This document shows, piece by piece, positions 43,201 to 57,203 of a stretch of DNA of 64,000 bases. This stretch comes from the human T2T-CHM13v2.0 reference genome, Homo sapiens. The stretch is from NCBI RefSeq assembly GCF_009914755.1, contig NC_060929.1. One strand, 5' to 3'. The notes below the pieces were generated by a model, which was given only the letters and a program-made list of their open reading frames with translations, did no database searches and was not told where the DNA came from. Each line of letters begins with the position of its first letter. Positions within the stretch are counted from its first letter, which is position 1. The position numbers and the translations under genes are program-made.

Positions 43201-43484
43201 TTCTGGGTACATATCAAACCTTCTGCTAATGTGCAAACAATCCCCCTATTTGAGTCTTGGTGGAGGCAGGAATCAGGCTCCCAGAATAACTGACAGCCAG
43301 GTCACAGGCATATGATCTGTGGTTTCAGCAAGGACTTTGACTTCTCAGCAAGAGTTTAGGATTAATTCACAGAGTAGCTCCCAAGAGTAAGGGAGTATCC
43401 AATAGCAAAGGCATCCAAAGATGGAATCAGCTGTGACAAGCAGTAGAAATGACTGATTCCTGAGTCAGATTTTCCAGCATTCTT

Positions 43485-43630
43485 ATCTTTTTCCTGAGAC
43501 AGGGTCTCACTCTGTTACCCAGGCTGGAATGCAGTGGTGTGATCTTGGCTCACTGCAACCTCCAAGTGATCCTCCCGCCTCAGCCTCCTGAGTAGCTGGG
43601 ACTACAGGCATGCACCACCACACCCGGCTA
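43485..43630 (-). mobile_element. Alu right monomer (5'-truncated AluJ/FRAM)
   Basis: TSD cagcattctt at 43475-43484 and 43631-43640. Confidence 0.88.
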
Positions 43631-44114
43631 CAGCATTCTTGAGGTACAAAATAGGAACATTCAGGCAATCTACCACCTTCATTTTCTGAATATGTATGTT
43701 TGGCTCAAGAGGCAGGCCAGTATCCCAAGTAAAAATCCTGAGTAACAGTATAGAAAATTGGATCCAACTGTATACTAAAAATATCATGATGAATACAAAA
43801 AGCTTATCCTTTTTGTAAGTGCATCCTTGGTGTAAGTACATCAAGCAAGGATTCCTAAAATAAATTCTATCCAATGTAACTATGAAAAGAATTTACTGAA
43901 AAGATACTGAGTATCTCACAGGCTCTATAGATATCACACTAATGGTTTCCCAGAGCTTTTTATGATTCCCATCTATCTACAGCCACTAAGCTTGGAATAC
44001 TCAGTCCATCACTACAACCTTTCGTAGTTCTTTTGCTCATGTTTTGGGCTGTGGTTTACACCTCCAATTGTTTCCCATTTGCCTTTCAGGAATTTTTCTT
44101 ATCATTTCTGGTCC

Positions 44115-44177
44115 ACTGAGACCAGATCGCACTGCTGCACCCCAGCCTGGGCGACAGAGTGAGTGAGACTCTGTCTC
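44115..44177 (+). mobile_element. Tail-less Alu 3' fragment
   Basis: agatcgcactgctgcaccccagcctgggcgacagagtgagtgagactctgtctc with no poly(A). Confidence 0.85.
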
Positions 44178-45775
44178 TTTGATCTAAAATTTTAGATCAA
44201 ACTTTCTTACTTTCCAGGTTACTGTAGAAAGTGCACACACACCTTTCCTCTTACTTCAAAATATTTCTGGAATGCTGGCATATGAAGATAGTCTTCCATT
44301 TTGATCTAATCTCACTTATGGGTCCTTTCTCCCATCTAGGCACAGAGAGAAACAGATGGAATAACTAGAGCAGGTAGAGCCACACAACTCTACCTAATTC
44401 TTCTATCCCAAACAGGTAAACAAGAAGTGGTTCGTGAACAAAGAGGAAACAATTATGCCTGAAATTACGTATGACAATGAGAAGGTACAGATTTTAAAAA
44501 TATGTAAATCAAATCTGTCTTTATGCAAACTATATTTGTGCTTCTGTGTCCAGCAGAAATGTTAGGGTTTTCAAATAAAGATAATAGATTTATAAAGCAT
44601 AAAAAGGATCTAATATTCTACCCACAAAGATTATACACAAAAGCAAGCTCAGAAAACCAGCTCGGGAGTTTACAAAGTATACAGAAACTCTAAAATTTTC
44701 ATGCAGAGGAAGAAATCATCAAATTTGAAAATTTTCCAAAATGATCATTCCCAAACTACCAGAACATGCCAATCTTTTGTGACAATTTTGCATTTATATA
44801 GAATCTGGTGCTGCAAATGCTTTGCAAATATTATCCTTTAGCATCTTTTGTTACCCTCTACCGAGAGGACACAAGGAAAGCATCCAGTGTTATGCAACAA
44901 ATCCAGTGCTGACCATAAAAAAATATGACATCTCGTGATTCCCTCTATAGCTTTCTGTATAGTGCAGGTGTGTCTACACAGGCACCTGGAGCAGGGCCAG
45001 GAGAGTCTCAGAAATGCTGTATTTCTGTCACTACTTCAAGCAAATACACACATGAAAACCTCTTAACTTTTCATCTGTCATACTGTAATATGATAAGACT
45101 TAGAGAGCATGGATGCCAGAGGTAAATTAGCTATTGGGGTGGAGGTACATATCACCAGCTCACACTTCTGTCCATTCTGCCCTAACTGACCTCTTCCAAT
45201 AACCCTTTGCCCAATCAGTATTCCATTGTTATGCCTCCTGCCCTTATACACATGGATAATTTCATTCTTCTTATGGGTACTTTGTAGAGACCACCTATGG
45301 GCCAATATTTTGCAGTTCAGGTGTAAAGTCTTCAGGTCCAGAAGAAATCATCTTTGAATAAAGAAATGAAGAACTGACAGAGAACTGACATAGAACCAAA
45401 GTGCAATTAAAGTATATTTGTCCAGGAAGGGGCCAGTCCTAGGATTTATTACAGGAAAAAAGGGTATTATGAAACACATGACTTCATTCATTGAAATATT
45501 TATTTATTTATTGCCTAATACCAGCAAATGCTTACTCTCTAGAAAATGGGAAAAGTACACTAATAAATGCCAGAAGAAAGGAGGATGATTATCTTTCAGA
45601 ATTCCAGAATATAATGCAAAGTGATGTGATGCGGGAAGTCTTTGACCAGCCTATTAGAATCCCTGAGAAGCCCTAGGGCTATGAAGCGACTAAGAAACTT
45701 CTAAAAAGTGACTAAAAACTTTATTGAGAAAGTGAGACAGGGAGAGATTTGGTTATCATCAAAAGTCCTTTTGTA

Positions 45776-46152
<377 letters not shown>

Positions 46153-46282
46153 TCATTACCTTTTTTTGCTGTGGAGGCAGTTTGTTTGTCAATTTGGTTT
46201 ATGCACCGAGAAGTGTTAGGTAAGGAATGCATAGAGGAATATAGTGATGAGCTGTTAATTTGTATACTATATTTACATATAA

Positions 46283-46623
<341 letters not shown>

Positions 46624-46851
46624 ACCGTGTAACTTTCTAATCTGAATTATTCCTGAGCCTTTTGAACAGGTAGACCAAACTATTACGGGCCATTATATAC
46701 CAATGTGGAAGCTATGCACCCCCATTCCTTAACATGCTGAAAAGGGGCTTCATTTCTAAGTCAGATGGCTAGTTTCATTTGAAATTTAATGAAATCTTGA
46801 TTCTTAACCTTACTTCTTTCAATACTTTGCAAAAGAAAAGATATGGAAGTC

Positions 46852-46969
46852 AGCCGGGCATGGTGGCTCATGCCTGTAATCCCAGCAATTTGGGACGTCG
46901 AGGCGGGTGGATCACCTGAGGTCAGGAGTTCGACACCTGCCTCACCAACAATGTGAAACCCCATCGCTA

Positions 46970-47003
<34 letters not shown>

Positions 47004-47265
47004 AAAGAAATTAGCCAAGCATGATGGCAGGCGCCTGTGGTCCCAGCTACTACAAGGTCAGGAGATTAAGACCATCCTGGCTAACATGGTGAAACCCTGT
47101 CTCTATTAAAAATACAAAAACTTAGCTGGGCATAGTGGCACGCGCCTGGGGAGGCTGAGACAGGAAAATTGCCTGAAGCCAGGAGGCGGAGGTTGCAGTG
47201 AGCCGAGACTGCGATACTGCACTCCAGCCTGGGTGACGGAGCAAGACTCCATCTCAAAAAAAAAA
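46852..47265 (+). mobile_element. Composite/chimeric Alu (about 410 bp)
   Basis: An AluS-type left arm plus the start of a right arm, fused near 47052 to an AluSc/Y-type copy that begins mid-left-arm. Confidence 0.88.
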
Positions 47266-49135
47266 GAAAAAGACATGCAAATGATATTAATGCCATTCCA
47301 GTTTTCTTCTGACCATTTCCAGAAGAAACCTCTGCCAAAATGGGGAATTCACAAGATGCCACAAAATAAGGTACAATGATAACATGCCCAAGGACTTTCT
47401 GAAATCAATAAATAAATTAAAATTTTGTCTTCGATAATAATGGACCTCCACTAATGAGACATTTGAGAGAATGAACTGGGTAACACCCCAAATATCAGGG
47501 AGGGATATTTGGAAACCTGAAAGAAATGCTTCCCATTTCAGGTTTCAGGAGGTCTCCCTGGGATATCTTTCCTGCTCTATGTCATGGTCAAAATCCTACT
47601 TATCCTTCAAGATCCAGTTAAAATGCCACCTTCTTCATAAAGCCTGTCCAAATCCTCTCAATCTCATTATGACCTCTCCCTCCATTGAACCTACCAAGTT
47701 TCTTATTTTTGCCTGTCTCTGATACTTACACTCTTGCACTCTTAAGATGGCCATTTATTCCTTCTGTTAACTTTCCTACTTATGTTTAGACATTTGGAAA
47801 GCATGTGCTGAGTATCACACACCACTTACTTTCTATGCAGTCCAATAACTTATTCTCAGTAAGAGCTGCCTAAAAGTTCACTGAATTAATACCAAGGGCC
47901 AATAACATGGTGTCTATAAATTGAACCTTTCTTCCTGTTTCTTATGAAGATTTCCATTTTTCTTGACCAATCAGACTTATGAAATTAAAGAAAAAGCTGA
48001 CCAGATCCATGTATTTTGTTATATCACCTGATACACAGAGATTCAGTTTACTTTTAACTTTAAAATACACATTTGTTTCAGTGACATATAATTCCAATAG
48101 ACTCAATATATTCTAAAGGTAGCATAAGGAATAAATATCTTATATTTAAAATGGCTAAAACACCAAAAACTGAGGAAGCCATATATTACATTTTTATACC
48201 TAAAACTTGCATAGAAATTTTTATGCAATAAAAATAAAGATTATGCAAAAAAAATCTGACAGAAATTTGATTTTCCATCATCAAAAAAATAAAGAAGACT
48301 TGATATGAGACAGTTAAGAAAATAAAAATAAAGGGAGCACCTGATTTTTTATAACTAATCAGCAAAACTTCATCTCAATGTAACAATATATTAATTTACT
48401 TTTAAAATGAGAGTAAATGCCTATTACATATTTCTGGATTGTGAATTGTATTCCACTTAACTCTTAGCAAATGAGATAGATTACTTTCATTACTGACATA
48501 CTAGCAACATTCCAGAAAGAATAGAGCTACAAAAGGCTTATAATCGTAGAGAAAGACTCACTAGTAGGACAAGTTTATTTGAAAATACCATCAATGGAGC
48601 TTTCAACCAGAACAAAGAATATTTCAAATGAGTAATAACACCTTTGCAGATTAACATGACATTACAAACCAGAAAGGCAGGTTCCTGCCAGCTTCACAGA
48701 ATGATAACTATTACATCTGAGACAAACAGCTTACTCCTTCACAAAGGGGAAATGAACTCTGCAAAAAATTCTTATAACGTTATGCCTTTAAAAATTCACT
48801 CTATCTTTATTTAGTATTTTGACCACAATACATTCCTAGTTCTCTGGGAAAACTTAAAATTACATTAATTTTTTTAGCTTAGGCCATTACGATAAGGCAA
48901 AGTGGGCGCACGGAGGAGACATTCTTCAGGTACCAAAGGTAACTCCTTCCCAGGGGAGGCACTGTTCACCCCCATTGTCTGGCCCCCATTGTTTATGTCT
49001 AAGAGTTACCCTCACCCTCCAGATGAGGAAAATCCTCATTTAATCATTAAAAAATGAGTAAAATGTATTTTTCTAGGTGCAATTAATATTTATATTTTTC
49101 ATATATAAAAGTTTCTTCACACTGATAAGCTTTTC

Positions 49136-49631
49136 TCAGCTATCTATTGCTTTGTAACAAGTAACTTCAAAACTCAGTGGCTTAAAGCAACAAGTTGCCT
49201 ATAATTCTAAAATTTAGCCAGGGCTCAGAAGAGACAGCTGGTATCAGCTCCATCTGGTGTTGGCTGGAGAGGTCTACCTGGGCTGAAGAACCCAGGATGG
49301 CTTCATTCACATATTGACACCTCACCTGAGATGGCTGGAATGGCTGGAAGCTGGCTGGGCCACTCACCCTCTAAGCAAGGTAATCTGACTTCGTGACATG
49401 GTGACTTAGGGCTCCAAGAGACAAACAGGGGAAGCTGCCAAGTTTCTGAAGGCCCAGATCTGGCACAGCATCAGTCTTGCTACACTCTATTGATCAAAGC
49501 AAGTCACTGAGTCAGTGCACATGGAAAGGGAGCAAAAACAGATCCCATCTCTTGATAGGAGGAATGACATGAACATATAGTGAGCGACTGGAAGAATCAC
49601 AGGTGGCCATCTTTGTTGACAACCTACCACA
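49136..49631 (-). mobile_element. MLT1 (K/L-like) LTR
   Basis: tcagctatctattgctttgtaacaa...aaaactcagtggcttaaagcaaca...ctaccaca. Confidence 0.75.
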
Positions 49632-49964
49632 TCTTTTTTTTCTCTCTAAACTTGTTATATGCTTTATGTTTTTCTTCACTCATCTCTGTAATATTTCAAA
49701 TTAGAGCAAAAGAAAGAATGACAGTAAATCATCTTGATCATCTATATAAAAAGAACTATGCTAGATGATTTCTTATACTTTGTTTCATTTAATCTCTACA
49801 AGAGCTATGCAAACTTGTCATTTTTTATTCCTGCTTTATAAATAAGCTCAAAAAGGTTGGGAAAGAATAGCAGTTTGGCTAGAGTAACACAGAAAGAAAG
49901 GGAAAAGGCAGAGACTCCAACCCAGAAATATCTAACTTAAAATCCTGAGCTCCTTCTAATACAG

Positions 49965-50427
49965 CAGTGATTCTTGAAGGCTGGAGGGCCTAGAGACCCT
50001 TTCAATGGTGCATGAAGTCAGATCTATATTCCTAATGTTATTAGTTTGTTATTTTTCATTTGCCCTTCTCTCACAATCATAGAGTTTTCTAGCGGTCACA
50101 GGGCATATCACAACAGATGATGCATAAAGTAGCTATGACAATCCAGCTACTTTCTGTTAAGCTAGATATCATAGTTGCAAAAATGTAAAAACAAGGTCAT
50201 TCTTCTAAAATTGTTATGTTTTGGACAATACATCTTTTTTGTAAAAATATAAAACTATTTTTGTTGACAAGTAATTTTTTAAATAGGTTTTTTGGATGAT
50301 TTCAAAAATCTCTCCACTTAATGGTAAACAGATACAGAGATAACCCATATGAACAAAAGTTCTTCCAGGTCCTCAATAATTTTAGAGTGTAAGGGGCTCC
50401 TAAGACTGAAAAGCTTGAGAATTACTC
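49965..50427 (+). mobile_element. hAT-Charlie DNA transposon relic (MER119-like)
   Basis: TIR-like ends cagtgattcttgaag / cttgagaattact. Internal gagaccctttca...gaagtca. Confidence 0.6.
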
Positions 50428-50859
50428 TACTATACTAAAAAACAAAGGAATGTCCTTGATGACATAGATTGCAAAATAGGCAATTCTGATTCTTAGATAC
50501 CTGGAAAGCCAGTCTTTCCTCATTTTATAGATGAGGAAACTCAGAGCCGAGAGATGAGTGACTTGCCCACAGGTCACAGGGCTGGCTAACTAAAAATCTA
50601 GAAATAGAATCAATGCAGCATCATTGCCACTAACCAAGCACTTGCCTTCTCTTTTTTTCCTACCAATTTTGATAGGAGTTCACAAAAATCCTGTCAGCAA
50701 CAAAATAAAACCAAAAGAAAAAAACAAAGCAGTCCACAAGGAAGGTCAGAGATTAAATAATGTGTAATGGCATTCTTTGGCAACAGAAATCAGAATTCCC
50801 AGAGTAGAGAGCTATTTTCAAGACTAATTTAAAGGATATTCTTTGGTTTCATCACTGTC

Positions 50860-51200
50860 TAGGATCCCTGAGCCACCATGAAAGAAGTCTAACTACTCTG
50901 CTGGAGAAACCATGTGGAGAGACCTTGAGAATACATAAGAAGTTGGACTCAAGCCCAACCTTTCAGACGCCCTTCTAAGGCATCAGGCCTGTGAATGAAC
51001 ACATTTTTGGCCCTCCAGATCACTCCAACTGCCTAATCAATACCAACGAGTGTTCACAGTCAACATCACATGGAGAGAAGTTGCCCAGCCAAGCCTTGCT
51101 CACTGTCCTGACCAACAAGTCATAAGATATAATAGCTGCTGTTTCAAGCCACTAAATGTTGGGTAGTTTGTTACAGAGCTACACAACCACAGATAACCAG
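50860..51200 (+). mobile_element. MLT1 (H/I-like) partial LTR
   Basis: ccctgagccaccatgaaagaagtctaactactctg...tgtttcaagccactaaatgttgggtagtttgttacag. Confidence 0.7.
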
Positions 51201-51459
51201 ACTAAGACTCAAATGTTCTCAGCCCAGAAATATGGACTCTCACAAAGAAGAGTTAAAGCAGATACCAAACATTAGTAATTCCTGTCTTCCTACCTGTTTC
51301 AAGATAGGTAACATACGTATGTTACACAGAAAAACCTCAAGAATTTCCAGTTAAATGCTATTTCATACTCCCCTTCAATCTCCCTATACTGTAACCCTTC
51401 CTTCAACCCTTGTTTATGGGTTACCATGAAGCACGTCCCCAGGTATTGTCACATTAGCT

Positions 51460-52550
51460 TGTTATAGGAAACAGAGCAACAACACCTCAATAGCAATGAC
51501 CACATCTGGTACCCACATCTTTGGTTTCTAAATATCATTCTCCACTCCTTGGAAAACAGACTGATTCCAAGGCTGAGACAGGAAAGTACAAGGCCTGAAA
51601 TAACTTACTGCACCAAAAATGGAAACAGTGTTCAAATAATGATGGAGGCATTTCAAAAGAACATTTCAAAAGCTAGGAGCCAGCTTGACAGGACTCTCGC
51701 TAATCAAATTTGGGACAATCTGAACAACAACAAAAAAAATGATAGTGTCAGATTACAACCCCTATGAGAAAAATCTATGAGTCCAAGTGAATATAAATAC
51801 ATGTGTGAATAAATAAAAAGAAGAGAAATGTGTCCTTACAATAAAATGCCAACTAATAAATGTAGAAGGAATGACAGAATAAGAAAACTACCATCATTAA
51901 GTACAACTGATTTGGTCAAGAATCATCAGTGGATGCTAAAATGAGTACATTAGGGTCAAAGGCAGAATAGAATTTACACATGAAAGGATGAACCAACAAC
52001 AGCAAAAAATACAGAATCACTTCTAAGTTTTTCCTGCTAAAAAATAGATAAGATGAAATTAATAATGAAGAAGCATCAGACAAGCCGAAATTGAGGGACA
52101 TTGTGCAAAATACCTGGCCTATTCTCTTCAAAAATAGTATGGTTATCAAAGTATCAAGTAACTGTTCTACAATGAAGGAGACTTTTAAAACATAAGAAAA
52201 TGCAATAAATAATTCTAGATTGGATTATTTTGCTCAAAGGACAACCAACATTTGCCTGGGGTCCGTGGATTAGATGAGTGTGCTTTGCCTCCTTCCCTGA
52301 TGTTGAATAGTTCTGCCATGATGATGTACTAGAGGATCCTTTTGGGGTATTATGTATTAAAGCATTTAGGGGTAACCAGTCTCGTGTTTTCAATTTACTC
52401 ACAAGTAGTTCAATAAGAGAAAAAAATCATCATAAAGCCTATGTGGTAAAACGTAAGCAACTGCATCTGTGAGTGAAGGATCTAAAGAGTTGTTTGTATT
52501 ATGATTACAGCTCTTCTGTTAAGCTTGAAATTATTTCAAAAGTTAAATGA
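51460..52550 (+). mobile_element. L1MC/MD-type 3' relic
   Basis: aaatgccaactaataaatgtagaagg; cagacaagccgaaattgagggacattgtgcaaaatacctggcct. Confidence 0.7.
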
Positions 52551-55162
52551 AATCACTTATCCTCTCCTATTCAAGGCACTTGAGAAGTTCCGGGCCTTGC
52601 TCATTCTTCCACCCAATAGAACTCTCTTGGTCACCCTGCATCTTGCTCTCTTCTTTCCATCCTGCCCAACTCTCTCAGTCCTTTCATCCCTTTTTCAGAG
52701 ACCAGTGAAGGAAGAAAGCTGTGTGAGAAAAGAGGAAGGAGAAGGCTGTGACCCACTCTATAGCAGTCATCTGCATTCCATCATACAACATAATCCAGGA
52801 TTCTGCTGCAAGTATGGGTTTTATGATACATTATAACTTTCCCCCTTAACACAAAAGCCCTCTAAAGTGACCCAAGAAACATTTCACTGAAGTCATTTTA
52901 ACATTTATAACCATTCTTACTTTTGTTATCACTAAAGTGTTCTACAAAAGGGTAATTCTTTAAAATTGCAGTAACAGTGGGGCAGGGGATTGGCTTATGT
53001 CCTCCTGTTAACAGCCTGTTTCCGATTCTACAAGAATAGCCTGGGAACTTAAGTTATCCCACATGAGAGATAAAAGCTCTGGAGATAGAGAGGTTGAAGG
53101 GGAGTATGGACAAAACAAGCTACTTTCTCATTATTTATTTCCACTGACGTATTTAAGACAGAGGTCACAAACAGAAGCCCACTTTTTATTCAGTGGCCTA
53201 CGTAGTGATGGGAAGATCAGGAAATGTTATATTCTGCCTCTTCCAGCAACCCAAAGCACATGGCAAAAATCAGCAGGAACATCCCTGCAGCTTCCCTGCT
53301 AAGTGGGAAATGGGCTCTCCAGCTTACAGGTGTCTTCCACTCCCTGTGGTCTAAAACTCTGCTACTTCATTCATTTAAGGGAACTCCCCAACCCATGAAT
53401 GTGTCTGAGTTGGCGCCCCCACTGTGAGGGGCCAAAAGTAAATGACTTCAAGTTTCCTGAAAGGTTGAAAGAAAGGGTCGTGAGATTACAGGCCATCGAG
53501 ACTTCAGGGTGTTCATATCTTGCCTGGTCAGATGACAGTATGTAGGAAATTCATAATTATGAGCCGGTTTACATCAGGATGCTAGATGGAGAGGCAATTC
53601 TAAAAGCTTGGGATCACAGAGGAGAGAACACGACAAGAGTCAGAGAAGCTACAAGAGGAGAGATGTTGCCAGATCAGGACTGGAAGACCAATGGGCATTG
53701 GGGTTGGGGTAGAAGTGAAAAGGCCACAAGAAAATGACATTCGCAAGATATATTCCTGACCTGCTTTTCTTCTCACCTTTCCTGCAGTAACACAATGACC
53801 AAGGTGAGCATTCTGTGCAAAGGATGCATTCCTTAAGACATTTCATAATCCGGTACTTATTTCCCCACAGGAATCACAGGAAAGCAGAGGGATGCTCTTT
53901 TAGGGCACACAAATCTGCAACTGCCTTAATACTGCTTTATTTGATGGAAAAACATACTGCATTATTATGTACATTATTTGGCAAAATGCTCTCTCCTAAA
54001 TTAATAACAGCATAGCTTATTACCATGGCAGTTGCTGAGCTATTTTAATAATGTTTATGACATCTAACTTCTGCTTCAAGTTACTCATTTGGGGAGCATT
54101 TCTGCCCTGGTCTTAATGTACCACAACCAAAAGAATACTGAGAGAATACTTTTTTCCCAAATAAAAAGGGCTTTTTAAAATATAATAGTAAATGTTCAAA
54201 TAATAGCATAGTAGATGCCAAAATTTGCTGCAAAAGTTCCAATGCATAGGTGTATTTAACCTATACTAACTGAAGATGGTGCATACTACTTTTTGCCAGG
54301 CAAAGCAGCCCCATGATGTGGCTGTGGCAGAAACACTGTTTATAACTCAGCCTCCCAACTTTAAACCTGTGTAATTTTTGAAAAAATTTCTTTAACCTGG
54401 GGGAAATTCTAAGTTTAAAAGATAAAGGGAGGCTTCATTAACATTTTTATGTCATAGTTCAACATTACATAAGTCATAATCAGATAAAATAATAAAACCA
54501 GTAACAATAACATCTATCAGCACATATTATACTTTACGTGTACTAACTCATTTAATTCTCAGAGCAGCCCCCTGAGTTAGAGATAAGAATAACAGCTAAA
54601 TACTATTTGTGTGTGGCAGGCACTGTTATAATAGCACTGCATCTTCTCATAAATGTGAAACTTATTTAACCATGATAGCAATTCAAGGAAGAAGGTATTA
54701 TTTTCCTCATTTTAGAGACAAGATCATTGGAAACCATAGGCTAACTTAGCCAAGAATACGCATACAGAGCCAGGATTAAAATCCAGACTAGCTCTAGAAC
54801 CTGTGCTCTAACATGCACTCATATTTTACTGGGAGAACTAAAGTTTGAGTATGAGGCCAAAGCTCTATCAAAACTGCTACTAAGGAGAGCACTCTCAAAT
54901 TCTCTGTGTCAGAGCTAAAGGACCCACCTGGGTAAACCACAGATTTTAAAGTTCCCTAAAGTGCCCTAGCCAGAAATCTAAGTCGGTTCTACTTAGGAAG
55001 GCACTGGGGTTGATGCTTGGAAGAACTGTCTAATCCTACCGACCCCAGCAGACCTCAAAGGTCACTGTGCCGGTGAGCCAAACTGCTCTTGAGAACCAAG
55101 CCTCCTCCCCATACCTCAGCTGATGGGTCCCAGTTTGACGGCTTATAGCCATCCACTATGAG

Positions 55163-55163
55163 A

Positions 55164-55196
<33 letters not shown>

Positions 55197-55217
55197 ACAC
55201 ACCCCACACACACACAC
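55163..55217. repeat. (CA)n microsatellite, reading (UG)n on the pre-mRNA
   Basis: About 55 bp of near-pure CA repeat with two interruptions. Confidence 0.97.
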
Positions 55218-55833
55218 CTGTCTTCCACTACTTGATGTTTTGCCACTGCTCCAGAGTGCTCTTAGCCTGCCTGATAAATAGGAACCCATCAAAGACAAAG
55301 AAAAATAACAACCCATGTAAGGGGTCTCCGCAACTTGAATGAGAGAGACCAAGATGAATAACCAGAACAAATAGGGCCTATGAAAAAGACAGAAGAAGGT
55401 AAAGGGGGAAAGGTAATGGGGACTTTCAAGAAGATACAATTAGAAGACAAGAAAGGCTTTCTAAAGCTATTTGATTTCTGAAATTAAAGTTTCAATAGAC
55501 AAGATGAAAAAAGTATAGTCGTTGCCAAGAATCCATTCAGAGTTCTGAAAGATCAAACAAACATTGTAGGTAAAAATATCAGAGATGTGGAAGATGTAAC
55601 CAGAAGACAAAACATGCAGATAACAGGCTTTCCTGGAGGACAGACAACAACAAATAAGACATAACTGGAAAGGAGGGAAGAGGGAAGGAGGGACAAAATA
55701 AAAGAAAACCTCCCTGAGATGAAAGAAGGGATAATTCTCTAGACTGAAAGGGCTCCCAGCAAGCTTAGGCAGCAATAAGAAAAGACACATGCCTAGGCTT
55801 GGTAAAATATTTAAACTGAGAACCCAAATTATC

Positions 55834-56261
55834 TGTAACCACACATCTTACTATCTATACTAGCATGACTTTACTACTCAACTGTCTACATTAACATGAC
55901 TTCACTATTTAAGGGAACTCTGACCCAAGAAGATGAAGTTACAAATAACTTTACTGTTTCTTACAGAACTTTCCAAAAACTTATTTATGTGAACAGGCAA
56001 CTCAACTACTCCTTATTAAGTAAATACCCTCTACTCAGTCCCACAAATCTTATTTTATCAAAAACGTTGTCTAATTATATGTCCCTGCGTTGAACAACGT
56101 ACCTTAAACCAGACCCTAAAAAGTCTCATAAATTCCCCATCTTTGCCCTCCTTCCTCTGAAATGGTCAGTGTAACAGTCTCCCTTACCACAGTAAGCAAT
56201 AAACTGGGTTTTGCTTTATTTAGAGGTTATTCTGCAACCTTTTTGGGGAATCAGTAGTCAC
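55834..56261 (+). mobile_element. Possible ERV-type LTR fragment within old L1/HAL1 relics
   Basis: TG start, aataaa signal near 56198, CA end. Family not confidently recognised. Confidence 0.35.
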
Positions 56262-56857
56262 AGACTAAAGATAAAAAGGAAACTATATAGTCAAACAAAC
56301 TGAACAGTGGATTTATAGAGGAAAAAGAACCAGATTAGCATTAGATTTCTCAAATGCAACACTGGAAACTAGAGCACAATTAAACATTGACTCCTGAGAG
56401 AAAACTCCCAGCCAAGATGTTGTTCACCTGTCAGGGCAAGCAAAAGGCCTTTTTTCAACATGCAAGAACTTAGAAGCTACTTAACCAATGAACCCAATCT
56501 AAAGAAATCTTTGAGGATATGCTCTAATAGACAGAGTTCTAAAGATATGAAAGATCAAGAGAGAGAAAAGTGGCACAGTGTATCTAAATGAGGCCAACAT
56601 AAGCAGGAATTTACAATTTAACTATTGTTTTAAGGAGAAGAGACATACAGGAAGAGAAAACTTAACAGATGAGAACGAAAAATTCTAAACTATCTCAGTA
56701 AAACTAAGGGGGGATATTTATTTTTAATTTTTGTAATCAATATAGAATTTTAAATTACAGCTGCTCTGAAAGTTTCTAGTGAGAAAGTAACCACAGTAGG
56801 ATTTTTTAAAAGGTAGGAAATTCTGTGTTAATGATGAAGTGATACAAAACTAAAGCA

Positions 56858-57203
56858 GAGGTCAGGAGTTTGAGATCAGCCTGGTCAACATGGTAAAACC
56901 CTGTCTCTACTAAAAATACAAATGCTGCCTGTAATCCTAACACTTTGGAGGCCGAGGCGGGCAGATCACGAGGTAAGGAGTTCAAGACTAGCCTGGCCAA
57001 CATGGTGAAACCCCATCTCTACTAAAAATACAAAAATTAGCCAGGCGTGGTGGAACGCGTCTGTAGTCCCAGTGACTCGGGAGGCTGAGGCAGGAGAATC
57101 ACTTGAACCCAGGGGCGGAAGTTGCAGTGAGCCGAGATCACACCACTGCACTCCATCCTGGGTGACAGAGTGAGAGTCTGTCTAAAAAAAAAAAAAAAAA
57201 AAA
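56858..57203 (+). mobile_element. Rearranged Alu (duplicated left-arm segment followed by a 5'-truncated AluS)
   Basis: Left-arm 3' half (56858-56922), then a restart at tgcctgtaatcc (56926). Single TSD aaaa(c/t)taaagcag. Confidence 0.88.
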
